NCBI GenBank assembly: GCA_965178125.1
Contig: OZ237772.1
Span: forward strand, 372,001-436,000
Source: Bilabrum cf. latius
Taxonomy: Eukaryota
Length of the DNA: 64,000 nucleotides
Direction of reading: 5' to 3'
Positions 63,878 through 64,000 of the stretch are shown here, piece by piece (within the stretch, counting starts at the first letter, position 1; every line of letters begins with the position of its first letter). Under the pieces are notes generated by a model that saw nothing but the letters and a program-made list of their open reading frames with translations, had not been told where the DNA came from and made no database searches. The position numbers and the translations under genes were made by a program.

Positions 63878-64000
63878 CTGCACCAAACAAGTCACAGCCC
63901 AGAAGTACAATCGCGTACTATATCGTATACTTGCTTAGCTTGCTGAAAATGAGCCTGACAACCATATTGTCAGGGCTTGGTTCTATCCGGATCCCCTTGC

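Noticed and set aside
1-64000. A window full of pseudogenes, or RIP/deamination damage creating premature stops
   Set aside because: Interruptions are only TAG, with no internal TAA/TGA and no frameshifts, even in housekeeping genes. C-to-T damage would also turn CAA into TAA and CGA into TGA.
1-64000. Prokaryotic or phage DNA with code 15; CRISPR array; rRNA/tRNA genes
   Set aside because: Spliceosomal introns rebuild conserved motifs and the genes are eukaryotic types (CTL, mL43, DNAJC8-like). I saw no short regularly spaced repeats and no recognisable rRNA or tRNA, including no suppressor tRNA, in this window.

Overview
GC-rich eukaryotic nuclear DNA with GT-AG spliceosomal introns and dense genes. 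The Ala/Gly-rich protein insertions suggest a heterotrophic protist such as a bicosoecid-type stramenopile, but the taxon is only my inference. The main result is a non-standard nuclear genetic code. Almost every gene is cut by in-frame TAG codons (about 110-120 by hand count) and continues in the same frame. I found no TAA or TGA inside any reconstructed coding region, and the genes end on TGA (15 models) or TAA (2 models, both copies of one duplicated site). Paralog alignments inside the window, poly-Gln runs and conserved motifs point to UAG = Gln with UAA/UGA as stops (translation-table-15 type). Re-translated this way the window holds about 17 genes: a tandem array of four mosaic paralogs of an unrecognised ~1,700-1,800 aa secretory multi-pass membrane protein (1-19175), 5-oxoprolinase, an mL43-like mitoribosomal protein whose conserved first exon is missing from the supplied ORF track, a DUF2256-like protein, a double-SET protein with signal peptide and KEEL, a TPR+DNAJC8-like protein, a GLT1D1-like glycosyltransferase, a CTL/SLC44 transporter, a ~3,930 aa cyclic-nucleotide-binding-domain K+ channel, an EF-hand protein and several hypothetical proteins. 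All exon models are manual predictions, and family assignments come from motif recognition, not database searches.
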